A DNA stretch of 64,000 nucleotides from Azolla caroliniana (GCA_043228905.1 JBHGNT010000002.1:5704001-5768000), one strand, 5' to 3'; numbered from the stretch's first letter, positions 23,935 to 36,600 are shown. Translations and numbers: made by a program. The notes: generated from the letters alone by a model not told the origin.

Positions 23935-26900
23935 ATGGAAGGCGGCGGTAGTGGGCCTCCGGGCATGATGGTGTTGAACTCACAGAACTACGCCGACTGG
24001 AAGATAAAGATGGAAGACCTTCTCATCGTCCGAGACCTGTACGAACCGATCGACAATGCCGAGATACCCAAGGGGGTAATAGAGTCGGAGTGGAAGCTCC
24101 TGAACCGGAAAGCCGTAGCAACGATCCGGCAATATGTAGATGTAAGTGTTTTGCAACATGTGGCGAACGACACCAACGCATATGAGATGTGGAAGAAGCT
24201 GTCGGGCCTCTACGAGAGGAAGAATGCGTTGAACCGGACCTCCCTGATGAGGAAGATAGTGAACCTCAAGTACCGGGACGGCGAGAATATGGTGGAACAC
24301 GTGAGCACGTTCATGGGATTCGTGAACCAGCTTGCGGCGATCAAGTTCCCGTTGGAGGATGCAATGCAAGCCATCATTCTGATGTGTACATTGCCGGAAA
24401 GCTGGGAGAACTTGGTGGTGACTCTCAGCACCTCCTGCACCGAAGATAACTTGTCTCTACAAACGGTAAAGACAAGCATTTTGAACGAAGAAGCGCGTCG
24501 GAGAGATAAAGAACTGGTTTCCGATCCGAAGATGCTGCTTACCGAATCGGATCGGGGAAGACAATGGAACCGGAGTCCGCAAAGACGAGAGAAGTCGGGG
24601 ACCCGGTCGCAGTCAAGAGGAAGACCCACATGCTTCCACTGTGGGAAGCCGGGGCACTTCCGGAAGAATTGTCGGCATTACCGAAAGGACAACGGAGCCG
24701 ACGACACCGATTCGAAGAAGTCACCGGAGCGAAACGGGTCATACCGGGGAGCCACGGACCGGAGAGGTCCGGATCGGCGAGGGCAGGACCGGAAAGGAAC
24801 GACGGCACTCGCGGCAAGTGAAGAAGAGATAATGCTCATTACCGAAGAGAGGGAGCTGAACCTTGCCGGTGTAGAGATGACCTGGGTGGTCGATTCCGGA
24901 GCGTCGTTCCACCTGACCCCGGAGAAGAAATACTTCTCATCCTACACAGCCGGTGAGCACGGCTGTGTCCGGATGGGAAATGAAGGCACATGCCGGATTG
25001 CCGGCATAGGAGACGTGTGGCTGATGACATCAACCGGATGCAAGATGCTGCTGAAGGATGTTCGACATGTTCCGGAGGTCGGATTGAACCTGATCTCGGC
25101 CGGGAGGCTAGATGATGAAGGCTACACGGGTAGCATCCGGAACGGTGTCATGAAGTTCAGCAAAGGGAGCCTGATAGTGGCTCGGGCCCGGAAAGTCAAC
25201 ACACTGTACCTGATGAATTCCCGGCTATGTCCGGAGGAGCTGAACGTGGCAGCCGACACTGCCGGTGAGCTGTGGCACAAGAGACTGTGCCACATGAGTG
25301 AGAAGGGGATGAAGAGGCTTGCAGAAGACAACCTTATTCCAGTGAAGCATGTGCACCTGGAGAAGTGCACCGATTGCCTGGCCGGTAAGCAAAACCGGAC
25401 CTCCTTCCACTCAAGGCCACCGACGAGACGTAGCGCACCATTGGAGTTGGTACACACTGATGTGTGTCAAGTGGAAGCGAAGTCACATGGCGGAGCTCAG
25501 TACTTCGTAACATTCCTAGATGACCATAGCCGGAAGCTGTGGACGGCACCGTTGAAGACAAAGGACCAAGTATTGTCCGTCTTCAAAGAACTCCACGCGA
25601 GAGTGGAAAGAGAATCCGGCAAGAAGCTGAAAGCGATACGAGCGGATAACGGAGGGGAATACCGGGGGCAGTTCGCAGAGTACTGTCGCTCGAAGGGAAT
25701 CCGGCTCGAGTTTACTATGCCGAAGACGCCGGAACTGAACGGGCTGGCCGAGAGGATGAACCGGACCATAATGGAGAGGGTCCGGAGTATGCTAGCACAT
25801 GCGAAATTACCCAAGGGATTTTGGGCTGAGGCAATGTCGACGGCGACGTATGTGATAAATAGATCACCCTCAGTACCTTTGGACGGAGACACGCCGCAGA
25901 AAGTGTGGACCGGTAAGGAAGTGTCCTACCGGCATCTGAAGGTGTTCGGGTGTCTCGCATACGTGCATGTGGCAAAGGACCGGAGAGGAAAGTTAGATCC
26001 AAAGACCCGGCCATGCATATTCCTCGGTTACGGCGACGACGAGTTCGGCTACCGAGTATGGGACCCGGTCGACAAGAAGATATTCAGGAGTCGAGATATC
26101 ATCTTCATGGAGGACAAGACACTCGCCGACTGGGAGTCGGAGAAGAAGATGAAGAGCTCCAAGTCGACCGGTGAGGAACAACTCTACGAGGAGCAGTCCC
26201 GACCGGCAAGGGACCGGTTAACACTCGAGGATCCGGCCGAAGACTATGAAGAAACAGAACCGGCCGAAGAAGATGAAAATGATACCGGAACCGGCCCCGA
26301 TCCCGAAATGGATTCGGATGAAGAGGAAACGGAGCAGCCGGTTACCGAAGCTCCGGAACGGAGATATCCTCTAAGAGAGAGAAGGGCCCCCCGGAGATTT
26401 CCGGAACCAGAGCACGTGCTGCTAACCGACGAGGGGGAGCCGGAGAGCTTTGAAGAAGCAAAGCATGACACCCAGAGCCGCAGGTGGTTGAGTGCCATGC
26501 AGGATGAGATGGATTCCCTGCATGAGAACCACACATATGAACTTGTGGAGTTGCCAAAAGGAAAGCGGGCACTACGAAACAAGTGGGTGTTCAAGCTGAA
26601 ACCGGGAGATGCCGGAAACCCCCCGAGATACAAAGCCAGGATCGTGGTGAAGGGGTTCCAGCAAAAGAAGGGCGTCGATTTCGACGAGATATTTGCCCCG
26701 GTAGTGAAGATGACCTCCATCCGGACGGTGCTGAGCATAGCGGCAAGCATGGACCTCGAGGTAGAACAGATGGACGTGAAGACGGCATTCCTTCACGGTG
26801 ACCTCGAAGAAGAGATCTACATGCAGCAACCGGAAGGATTCGAGAAGAAAGGGAAGGAGCACCTGGTATGCCGGTTGAAGAAGAGTCTTTACGGACTGAA

Positions 26901-28008
26901 ACAGGCTCCCCGCCAATGGTACCGGAAGTTCGACTCCTTCATGACCGACGAAGGGTACCACAAAACGCAGTCCGATCACTGCGTGTTTGTGAAGAAGTTC
27001 GAAGGAGGAGACTCTCTAATACTCCTCCTGTACGTGGACGACATGTTGATCGTCGGACGGGACCAGGGCAAGATACGGATGCTGAAGAAAGCACTTCACC
27101 GAACCTTCTCAATGAAGGACCTGGGTCCGGCGAGTCAAATACTAGGGATGCACATCATCCGAGACCGGAAGAAGAAGCAGTTGTGGCTGTCACAGGAGAA
27201 GTACGTAACAAAGGTGCTTCACCGGTTCAACATGTCGGAAGCAAGACCGGTCGGATCAACTCTCCCGGCAAACTGCAAGTTGTCCAGCAAGCAAAGCCCC
27301 AAGACAAAGGCTGAGAAAGAGGACATGATGAAAGTACCATATGCCTCTGCCATCGGAAGCTTGATGTACGCAATGGTGTGTACAAGACCGGACATAGGAT
27401 ACGCAGTCGGAGTGGTGAGCCGGTACATGAGCAATCCCGGCAAGGAGTACTGGAACACGGTCAAGTGGATACTCCGATACCTGAAGGGCACGGCAAACGT
27501 GTGCCTCCGATTCGGCTCCGGTAATCCCGAACTCGACGGCTTTACCGATTCGGATATGTCGGCTGATGTAGATACCAGCCGGTCCACATCAGGGTATGTG
27601 ATGACGTATGCAGGGGGAGCTGTTTCGTGGCAGTCGAGGCTGCAGAAGACGGTTGCGTTGTCAACCACGGAGGCGGAGTACATGGCGGCTGTTGAAGCCG
27701 GCAAGGAAATGATATGGATGAAGGACTTCATTAGAGAGCTCGGTATCCGGCAGGAGGAGTACCGACTCTACTGTGACAGTCAGAGTGCCATCCACCTTGC
27801 GAAGAACGCGGCCTATCACTCCCGGACGAAGCACATCCAGCGAAGATATCACTGGATCCGGGAAAGGATAGAAGACCAGGAGTTCGTGCTGACGAAGATC
27901 CACACGGACGAGAACGGCTCAGATATGCTGACCAAAGTGCTCACACCCGACAAGCTGGAAGCATGCCGGAAGAGGATCGGATTGGAGAGACATCCCATGC
28001 CGAAGTGA
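23935..28008 (+). CDS. Copia gag-pol polyprotein, uninterrupted (1357 aa)
   Basis: CFHCGKPGHFRKNC, WVVDSGAS, HTDVC..ADNGGE..NGLAER, YKARIVVKGF..YVDD, FTDSD..KHIQRRYHW. Confidence 0.97.
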   Translation: MEGGGSGPPGMMVLNSQNYADWKIKMEDLLIVRDLYEPIDNAEIPKGVIESEWKLLNRKAVATIRQYVDVSVLQHVANDTNAYEMWKKLSGLYERKNALNRTSLMRKIVNLKYRDGENMVEHVSTFMGFVNQLAAIKFPLEDAMQAIILMCTLPESWENLVVTLSTSCTEDNLSLQTVKTSILNEEARRRDKELVSDPKMLLTESDRGRQWNRSPQRREKSGTRSQSRGRPTCFHCGKPGHFRKNCRHYRKDNGADDTDSKKSPERNGSYRGATDRRGPDRRGQDRKGTTALAASEEEIMLITEERELNLAGVEMTWVVDSGASFHLTPEKKYFSSYTAGEHGCVRMGNEGTCRIAGIGDVWLMTSTGCKMLLKDVRHVPEVGLNLISAGRLDDEGYTGSIRNGVMKFSKGSLIVARARKVNTLYLMNSRLCPEELNVAADTAGELWHKRLCHMSEKGMKRLAEDNLIPVKHVHLEKCTDCLAGKQNRTSFHSRPPTRRSAPLELVHTDVCQVEAKSHGGAQYFVTFLDDHSRKLWTAPLKTKDQVLSVFKELHARVERESGKKLKAIRADNGGEYRGQFAEYCRSKGIRLEFTMPKTPELNGLAERMNRTIMERVRSMLAHAKLPKGFWAEAMSTATYVINRSPSVPLDGDTPQKVWTGKEVSYRHLKVFGCLAYVHVAKDRRGKLDPKTRPCIFLGYGDDEFGYRVWDPVDKKIFRSRDIIFMEDKTLADWESEKKMKSSKSTGEEQLYEEQSRPARDRLTLEDPAEDYEETEPAEEDENDTGTGPDPEMDSDEEETEQPVTEAPERRYPLRERRAPRRFPEPEHVLLTDEGEPESFEEAKHDTQSRRWLSAMQDEMDSLHENHTYELVELPKGKRALRNKWVFKLKPGDAGNPPRYKARIVVKGFQQKKGVDFDEIFAPVVKMTSIRTVLSIAASMDLEVEQMDVKTAFLHGDLEEEIYMQQPEGFEKKGKEHLVCRLKKSLYGLKQAPRQWYRKFDSFMTDEGYHKTQSDHCVFVKKFEGGDSLILLLYVDDMLIVGRDQGKIRMLKKALHRTFSMKDLGPASQILGMHIIRDRKKKQLWLSQEKYVTKVLHRFNMSEARPVGSTLPANCKLSSKQSPKTKAEKEDMMKVPYASAIGSLMYAMVCTRPDIGYAVGVVSRYMSNPGKEYWNTVKWILRYLKGTANVCLRFGSGNPELDGFTDSDMSADVDTSRSTSGYVMTYAGGAVSWQSRLQKTVALSTTEAEYMAAVEAGKEMIWMKDFIRELGIRQEEYRLYCDSQSAIHLAKNAAYHSRTKHIQRRYHWIRERIEDQEFVLTKIHTDENGSDMLTKVLTPDKLEACRKRIGLERHPMPK

Positions 28009-31000
28009 AGGGGGAGTTTGTTGGGATTACGGTCCCTCCGGATGGGATGGTCAGATGTCCGGGAATCGAGATTGAAGACCCCGGCTACGGAGCCGGATGA
28101 TGAAGACCCGGCTACGGAGCCGGATGATGAAGACCCGACTGTGGAGCCGGATGATGAAGACCCGGCTACGGAGCCGGATGATGAAGACCCGACTACGGAG
28201 CCGGATGATGAAGACCCGGCTACGGAGCCGGATGATGAAGACCCGACTACGGAGCCGGATGATGAAGACCCCGGAGAGAGATCCGGATGCGGGGACATAT
28301 TTGTGAATATGTTTGCCAAGGGATCTCTAGGCTACATTTGTAAATAGCCCGAAAGTCATATGTTGTATAAATATGACTTAGGGCAAACAGTTTTTTGTTG
28401 TTGCTCATTTTATGTTTTAGCCGAGAGAGCGAAGTGAGAGCAGCCGAGAGAGAGAGCGAGAGAAAGGAAGAGGTCGACGCCTCTGTGTATTGCCACCGCC
28501 TGTGGCGAAGACAGTGAGCTCAAGGTTGTTGCCTTGTAGCTTCACCAGTGTACATCTCTGTGTATAGTGATAGTTGGAGTTTGAGGACTCCCGTGGTTTT
28601 TTCCCATTTAGGGTTTTCCACGTAAAACATCCTGTGTACTCTTCTCTCTATTGTCTTCGAGCATTTTGTATTTCCTGTTTTCTGTGAGTTGATCCTATTC
28701 CTCGGTTGTGGCCGAGCGCCGTTTTCAATATTATGCACAGAATCCTTCAATATGATGGAAGGGTTAGATGATGGGGAGGTCAATCAGTAATTTGAAGAAA
28801 ACCCGAAGATCATTCCCTTGTTCGAAATTGAAGTAGTCGATATTAGCACACCCTACATAATGATAAAACGCAAGCCGATACTTCCGACATAGAAGAAGCA
28901 TTAGATAACCAAACTCTTAGAGATTTATGTCTATAGCAAGAAGCCATGGAGAGAGAAATGCAAGTTTCACAATGTGTACAAGCTTCTGCACTTGAAGAAT
29001 TAAATCTGGCTGACAATGATACCGAACAACACACGGTGCTAATCGCAAAGGAAATGCAATCGGACAAAAATGCAGAGCTCAAAGAATTACTACGGCAATA
29101 CAAAGATGTGTTTGCGTGGCCATTCAAGGAGATGAAGGGATTGGATCTGGCTTTCTCTCAGCATCAGATTAATTTACATAAAGATGCAAAGTCGGTGTAG
29201 CGAAGACGGTATTGTCTAAACCCGAATTATGCAGTTAAAGTAAAAGAAGAAATTGACAAACTGCTACAAGTTGGTTTTATTCGTCTGGTTAAGAGGGCTA
29301 CTTGGCTCACCCCAATAGTTGTAGTACCCAAAAAGAATTGTAAAATTAGGGTATGTGTCGACTACCGAAAACAAAATGCGGCCATAGTGACGGATGCATT
29401 TCCGTTACCATTTACAGACAGAGTTTTGGATGTAGTTGCAGGTCATGAAATTTATAGTTTACTTGAAATTTATAATGTGGGGTATAGATATGTCATAGTC
29501 GCCACCGACTACTGTACAAAATGGGTTGAAGCTAAAGCTCTATGCGATAATATGGCAGTTTCAACGACAAAATTTCTATTCGAATGCATATGGTGTTGAT
29601 TTGGGTGTCTGATTGAATTGGTTAGTGATCAAGGTACTCACTTTGTCAATAAAGTAATTTTTGAATTATCACACTATTATGCAATGGTGCATAAAAGAAG
29701 TACCCCATATTACCCACAAGAAAATGCCTTGGCCGAATCGACTAACAAGACACTCCAGTATATTCTAAAGAAAATAGTCAATGAAAATTAGACCGATTAG
29801 AATCAGAAGCTTCATAGTGCTTTGTGGGCCTACCGAACGACATACAAAACAATGATTCAATCGACGCCATTTAGGATGAGGTTCGGCTTAGAGGTGGTCA
29901 TGCCCATTGAATGTCAAATTCCGAGCTTATGAATGCAAGTATCAGAGCACTTAGATGAAGAACAGTCGGAACAAATTCGGAAAGAGTAGTTACTCGAACT
30001 AGAGGAGGGTCGATTCCAATCAATGTGGCACTTAGAGCAAAAACAACGGAAAACGAATGCATTTGTTGATTGAAACTGGAAATGCAACGAAAAGTTGTTC
30101 AACATTGGTCACATCTAAGGCGAAAACTTAGACTTGCTGATTCAAGCATAAACAACAACAACATCATTGGTGAAGGAACAGAAGATCAAGATGATATGCC
30201 AATCAAGGTATGTCAATAATTGTGTTGATGGTTGCAGACCAAAGGGCTGGAAGGATATCTACAATTAGCAGATGTAGAACCACATCCTCAGGCAATAGAA
30301 GTCATCAAAAACAATGACGCCAACATGATCAAGACCAAGCAATGACGTCAGTTTTTTAAACTAAAAAATGAAGGATACAATATCATGGATACATTGGAAG
30401 ATGATGTTCTACAATCATATTTTGCATAGTACTCGTCTTTGGCAAAGGCGTATCTAACGAATGGAGGGGAAGATGTGTTCTTCCAAGAGGTAGCAAAATT
30501 TCTGTTGGAATTAGCATTTGTCAGTGCCAGGCAGTATTGTATGCCCAAACAAAGGGTATGGTTCATCATGTTGGTATTTCGGTCCCTCCAAATGGGATCT
30601 TGAGAACCAGATGTAGAAGACATATCTGTAAATATGTTTTTGAGTAAGCCCATTGAGGCTATATTTGTAAATAGCCCTAAGTTCATATAAGTATAAATAT
30701 GACTTAGGGAAATCACTTTAGTATAGTTGTTATTTTGATGTTGTAGATATATTGTTGTAACTGTTGTATAAAGAGAGAGATACACAATGATACTTTGTTG
30801 TAACCGCCACTGTGCGAAGAAACAGAGCTCGAGGTTGTTGCCTTCGAGTCTCAGATTGTACTCCTTCTCTTCATAATGATAGTTTGGAGTCTGTGGGCTC
30901 CCGTGGTTTTTTCCATGTAAACATCTTGTGTCACTTTCTTATGTACTCTGTACTTCCCATTTCTGTGTTTGATTCTTATAGAAGAGACTTACTACTCGGT

Positions 31001-31394
31001 TGTGCCCGAGTGATATTCCGTGCATTTCTCGACAAACTGGATCCAACACAGAAAATGGAAGAATCTTTCGGCGACATGTTCAAGCTCACCGGCTCCAACT
31101 AGTTAGTGTCGAAGTCAAAGATGAGGGACATGCTGGTGGTTAAAGATCTTTGGTTGCCGGTTCAGTTCGGGGATAAGAGACCTGATAAGATCGACGCCAC
31201 AGTGTGGGAGGTGATGCACATGAAGACGACGGCATACATCCAGTGCTTCATCAACATGAGCTTGTACAACAACTTCAATGAAGAGAGCAAGGCTCATGAA
31301 CTCTGGCGGTTCAATTCGGGGACAAGAGACCAGATAAGATCGACGCCACGGTGTGGGAGGTGATGCACATGAAGACAACGGCATACATCCGGTG

Positions 31395-31849
31395 TATTAG
31401 AGATCTAGGTACTAAAGTAAGCTTAAGATAAGGATAAACTAATGATAGATAGAAAGGAGAAAGAGAAAGAAGGGTGCCGATCCACCCGACCACCCCCGAG
31501 CGAAGGGATCGAGATGGACTCGAGCCTTGATCGGCGTCCCATACCACCACTGTGGCGTGGAGTTGTACCTGGTGTTGGCACGCTCGCTACAAGAGTTGAC
31601 CCACCACAAGAGCAGAGTCTTGATGTAGTCAAAAGATGATCAAATGAGGGTAGCTAGGCCTCTTATTTATAGCGATACCCAAGGCCCCCAGGAAAGTTCA
31701 CACTTGACCTAATGGGTTGTCTCAACCCCGAGGATTAAAAGTAATCCTCCGCTTCTTTACACTCTCGTTTAACCCTCACACTTATCCACGTGTATAGAAT
31801 ACTACGGTAAATTCTCACCACGGGATATTAGATGGTCATGCCCGTAACA
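31395..31849 (-). mobile_element. Solo LTR inserted in element D gag
   Basis: TSD CGGTG (31390-31394, 31850-31854); minus strand reads TGTTACGG...CTAATA; TATA-like CTATAAATA; gag rejoins across it. Confidence 0.85.
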
Positions 31850-33689
31850 CGGTGCTTCATCGACATGAGCTTGTACAATAACTTCAATGAAGAGAGAAAG
31901 GCTCATGAACTCTGGGAGAAGATCAACATCATGTTCCAGAACGAGAATGCCGTTAATCGGGTTTCGGTATTTCGGAAGCTAGTGAGGATCCAATACCAAG
32001 ATGGCTCCAGTATGGTAGAGCACATGAACGCCTTCCAGGGGCTGATACACCAAGCAACCTCGTTGGAAGTACCTCTCGCTGATGAGGTACTTGCTCTACT
32101 CCTATTCGATTGTCACGTTGGGCAATGCCGGGCCGGAAGGAAAATAACAATCCCTAGAAAGGGTAAAGTCGATCTTGCTAGATGAGGAGGCGCGTCAGAA
32201 AGACAAGGACTCGGTGATCTCCAACGCCAAAGCTCTCCTGAACGAATCGCAACGCGGAAGACAAAGGAATCGGAGTCCCCAAAACCGGGAAAAATCGGGG
32301 ACACGGTCAAAGTCAAGGGGGAGGCCCACTTGCTTGTATTGTGGCAAGCCAGGGCACTTCCAGAAGAACTGTCAGCATTTCCGGAAGGACAAGGGAACCG
32401 ACAGTACCGATTCGAAGAAGTCACCAGACCGAAACGGTTCGGATCAGCGAGGCCCGGACCGGAAGAGAACGACGACGATCACGGCAAGTGAAGAAAAACT
32501 AATGCTTAACACCGAGGAGAGTGAGTTGAACCTTGCCATCGACGAGACAATGTGGGTTGTCGATTCTGGATCGTTGTTCCACCTTACCCCGGACCGGAAA
32601 TGCTTCTCATCCTACACAGCCGGTGAGCACAACTATGTCCGGATGGGGAATGAAGGGACATGCTGAATTATCGGCATAGGAGATGTGTTGTTGATGACAT
32701 GAACCGAATGCAAGTTGCTGCTGAAGGATGTCTGACACGTTCCAGAGGTTCGACTGAACCTAATATCAGTTAGTCGGCTAGATGATGAAGGCTACACAGG
32801 TAGCATCTAGAACGGTGTTATGAAGTTCTGCAAAGGGCGCTTAATAGTGGCTCAAGCCCGAAAGATCAACACATTGTACTTGATGAATGCATGGATATGC
32901 TAGGTAGAAGTGAACGTAGCATCTGACACTGCTGGTGAGCTGTGGCACAAAAGATAGTGTCACATGAGTGAGAAGGGGATGAAGAGGCTTGTCGAAGAAA
33001 ACCTCATTCCGGTGAAGGACATGCAACTTCAGAAGTGCACTGACTGCTTGGTCGGCAAACAAAACCGAACCTGCTTCCGATCAAGACCACTGATGAGACG
33101 AAATGCACCATCGGAGCTGGTACATACCGATGTGTGTCAAGTCGACACGAAGTCACATGCTGGATCGCAGTACTTCGTAACGTTGATAGATGACTACAAC
33201 TGGAAGTTGTGGGTCTGACCATTGAAGACGAAGGACCAAGTGTTATTTGTCTTCAAGGAGCTCCACGCGAGAGTGGAAAGAGAAACCGGCCAGAAGCTGA
33301 AGGCGGTTCGAGCAAATAATGGTGGAGAATATAGGGGGTAGTTCCAGGAGTATTGTCGGTCGAAGGGAATCTGGCTCAAGTTTACTATGTCGAAGATGCC
33401 GGAACTAAATGGGCTGGCCAAAAGGATGAACCAGACCATAATGGAGAGAGTCTGAAGCATGCTCGCACATGCCAAGTTACCCAAGATGTTTTGGGTTGAG
33501 GCGTTGACCACGACGACCTATGTGATATCCTCTCCAGGAGAGTAGAACCCCTCGAAGATTTCTGGATGCAGAGCATGTGTTGCTAACTGATGAGGGGGAG
33601 TTGGAAAGCTTTGAAGAAGCAAGAGGAGACACCCATAGCCACAAGTGTTGTGCCATCCAAGATGAGATGGATTCCCTGCATGAGAACCA

Positions 33690-36600
33690 TGAAAAAGAAA
33701 TGCACAGAATATCGCTCGGCCACAACTGAGTAGTAAAACACTTCTCGAAGAATCAAACACAAAACTGGGACGTAGAGAGTTCACAAGGAAAAATGACGCA
33801 TGATGTTTATGTGGAAAACCCTAATAAAGGAAAAACCACGGGAGCCCACAAATTCCGAACTATCACTATGAAGAGAAGGGGTACAATCAGAGACTCGGAG
33901 GCAACGACCTCGAGCTCTGTTTCTTTGCACAGTGGCGGTTACAACAAAGTATCGCTCTGTAGCTCTCTCTCTCTCTCTCTCTCTCTCTTTCTGTACAACA
34001 GTTACAACAATATCACAACACAATCACACATACTAAAGTGATTGCCCTAAGTCATATTTATAGTTATATGAACTTAGGGCTATTTACAAAATATAGACTC
34101 AATGGGCTTATTCCAAACATATTTACAAATCTGTCCTCTCTTTCTGTTCTGACCGGATCCACCAATCCGGTTTTCGGATCTCTTCCGGTTCTCACCGGGT
34201 CCTCTTTATTCATCACTGGATCCCATCCGAAGGGACTGATTTCCCAACCATCTCCCCCTTCACTCTGGCATGGGATGTCTCACCACCCCGATCCGCTTTC
34301 GGCATGCGTCCAGCTTGTCGGTTGTCAGCACCTTGGTCAGCATGTTTGACCCGTTCCCCTCTGTGTGGATCTTCGTCAGCACGAACTCTGGATCTTCAAC
34401 TCACTTCCGGATCCTGTGGTACCTACGCTGGATGTGCTTCGTTCTGGAATGGTATGCCGCGTTCTTTGCAAGGTGGATGGCACTTTGACTGTCGCAATAG
34501 AGCCGGTATTCCTCTTTCCGGATCCCTAGCTCTCCAATGAAGTCCTTCATCCATAATATTTCCTTGTTGGCTTCCACGGCTGCCATGTACTCCGTCTCCG
34601 TGGTTGACAACGCAACCATCTTCTGCAGCTTCGACTACCTCGAAACGGCTCCCCCTCCATAGGTCATGACATATCCAGAAGTTGACCGGCTTGTGTCCAC
34701 ATCAGCCGACATATCCGAATCGGTAAATCCTTCCATGAAGGGGTTACCGGAGCTATATTGGAAGCACATACTCGAAGTGCCCTTTAGGTACCGGAGTATC
34801 CATTTTACCGCATTATAGTGCTCTTTTCCGGGGTTGGTCATGAACCGACTCACCACTCCGACTACGCATCCAATATCCGATCGAGTACACACCATTGCGT
34901 CCATCAAGCTCCCGGTCCCAGAGCCATATGGAATCTTCATCATATCTGCCTTCTCTACCTTTGTCTTCGGGCTTTGCTTACCTGATAGTTTGTAGTTTTC
35001 CGGGAGCGTCGATCCGATCGGTTTTGCTTCTGACATGTTAAACCGTTGAAGCACCTTTGTCATGTACCTTTCCTGTGACAACCACAATTGCTTCTTCGAT
35101 CGGTCCCGGATTATGTGCATCCCCAATATCTGTCTTGCCAGACCCAAGTCTTTCATTGAGAAGGTCCGGTTAAGGGCCTTCTTCAACATCCATATCTTGA
35201 CTTGGTCTCATTCGACGATCAACATGTCGTCCACATACAACATCAATATTAGGAAATCTCCTCCATCAAATTTCTTCACAAAAACGCAGTGATCGGCCTG
35301 TGTCTTGTGGTACCCTTGATCAGTCATGAAGGAGTCAAACTTTTGGTACCATTGTTGGGCAACTTGCTTCAGTCCATATAAGCTCTTCTTCAACCGGCAC
35401 ACCCAGTGCTCCTTCCCCTTCTTCTCAAATCCTTCTGGTTGATGCATGTAGATCTCTTCTTCGCGGTTGTGGGTGTCTCCCCTTGCCTCTTCAAAGCTTT
35501 CTAGCTCCCCCTCATTGGTTAGCAACACATGCTCTGCATCCGGAAATCTTCGGGGGCTCTTCTCTCCCGGAGAGGATATCTCTGTCCTTGGTTTCTGATA
35601 GTCAGTTCCTCCGTTTGTTCCTCATCCTCATCCGATTCGGGATCTTGTCCGGTTCCAGTGTCTTCTTCTTCTTCTTCTTTGGTCGGTTCGGTTTCCTACC
35701 CGTATCTGGCTGATTCGTCGAGTCTCATCTGGTTATCGGCTAACATCCGATTTTCAACCAGGTATATCGTTTTGTCCTCAAGCCGGTTTTCAATGGATGA
35801 TCTAGGGTTCGTTACCTTCTTCTCCGACTCCCACTCGGCAATGGTTTTGTCTTCCATGAAGACTATGTCCCGACTCTGGAACACTTTTCTGTTGACTAGA
35901 TCCCACACCCGGTAACCAAACTCATCATCGCCGTATCCAAGGAATATGCATGGCTGGGACATCGGATCCAGCTTTACTCTCTTGTCCTTCCCTACATGCA
36001 CGTATGTGAAACACCCGAACACCTTCAGATGTCGGTAAGACACATCCTTATCGGTTCATTCTTTCTGCGGTGACTCTCCGTCCAAGGGTACTGAGGGTGA
36101 TCTGTTTATCACATAGGTCGCCGTCGTCAGCGCCTCAGCCCAAAACGTCTTGGGTAACTTGGCATGTGCAAGCATGCTACAGACTCTCTCCATTATGGTC
36201 TGGTTCATCCTTTTGGCCAGCCCATTTAGTTCCGGTGTCTTCGGCACAGTAAACTCGAGCCAGATTCCCTTCCACTAGCAATACTCCTCGAACTACCCCT
36301 GGTATTCTCCTCCATTATCTGCTCGAACCGCCTTCAGCTTCCAGTTGGTTTCTCTTTCCACTCTCATGTGGAGCTCCTTGAAGACGGATAACACTTGGTC
36401 CTTCATCTTCAACGGTGAGACCCACAGCTTCCGGCTGTGGTCTTCTATGAACGTTACGAAGTACTGCGATCCAGCATGTGACTTCGTGTCGACTTGACAC
36501 ACATCGGTATGCACCAGCTCCAGTGGTGCATTCCGTCTCATCGGTGGTCTTGACTAGAAGGAGGTGCGGTTTTGCTTGCCGGTCAGGTAGTTGGTGCACT

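Larger units (their letters stand above)
23192..28730 (+). mobile_element. Intact Ty1/copia element C with TG...TA termini
   Basis: 712-bp LTRs at 23192-23903 and 28019-28730; TSD TTATG; PBS TGGTATCAGAGC at 23907-23918; PPT GAAGGGGGAG at ~28007-28016. Confidence 0.97.
15239..30115 (+). mobile_element. Old non-chromovirus Ty3/gypsy host element, split by two copia insertions
   Basis: Gag ~15500-16243 and 21850-22400 (knuckle CYTCRQVAHYANQC); protease IVDGG ~22835; RT start 28900-29460 joined to integrase (ATDYCTKWVEAKAL) to ~30110. No LTRs recognised. Confidence 0.8.

Noticed and set aside
23980-27903. Long antisense ORFs within GC-rich copia elements (also 44538-46997)
   Set aside because: These are shadow ORFs expected from GC-rich codon usage, with no recognisable domains.
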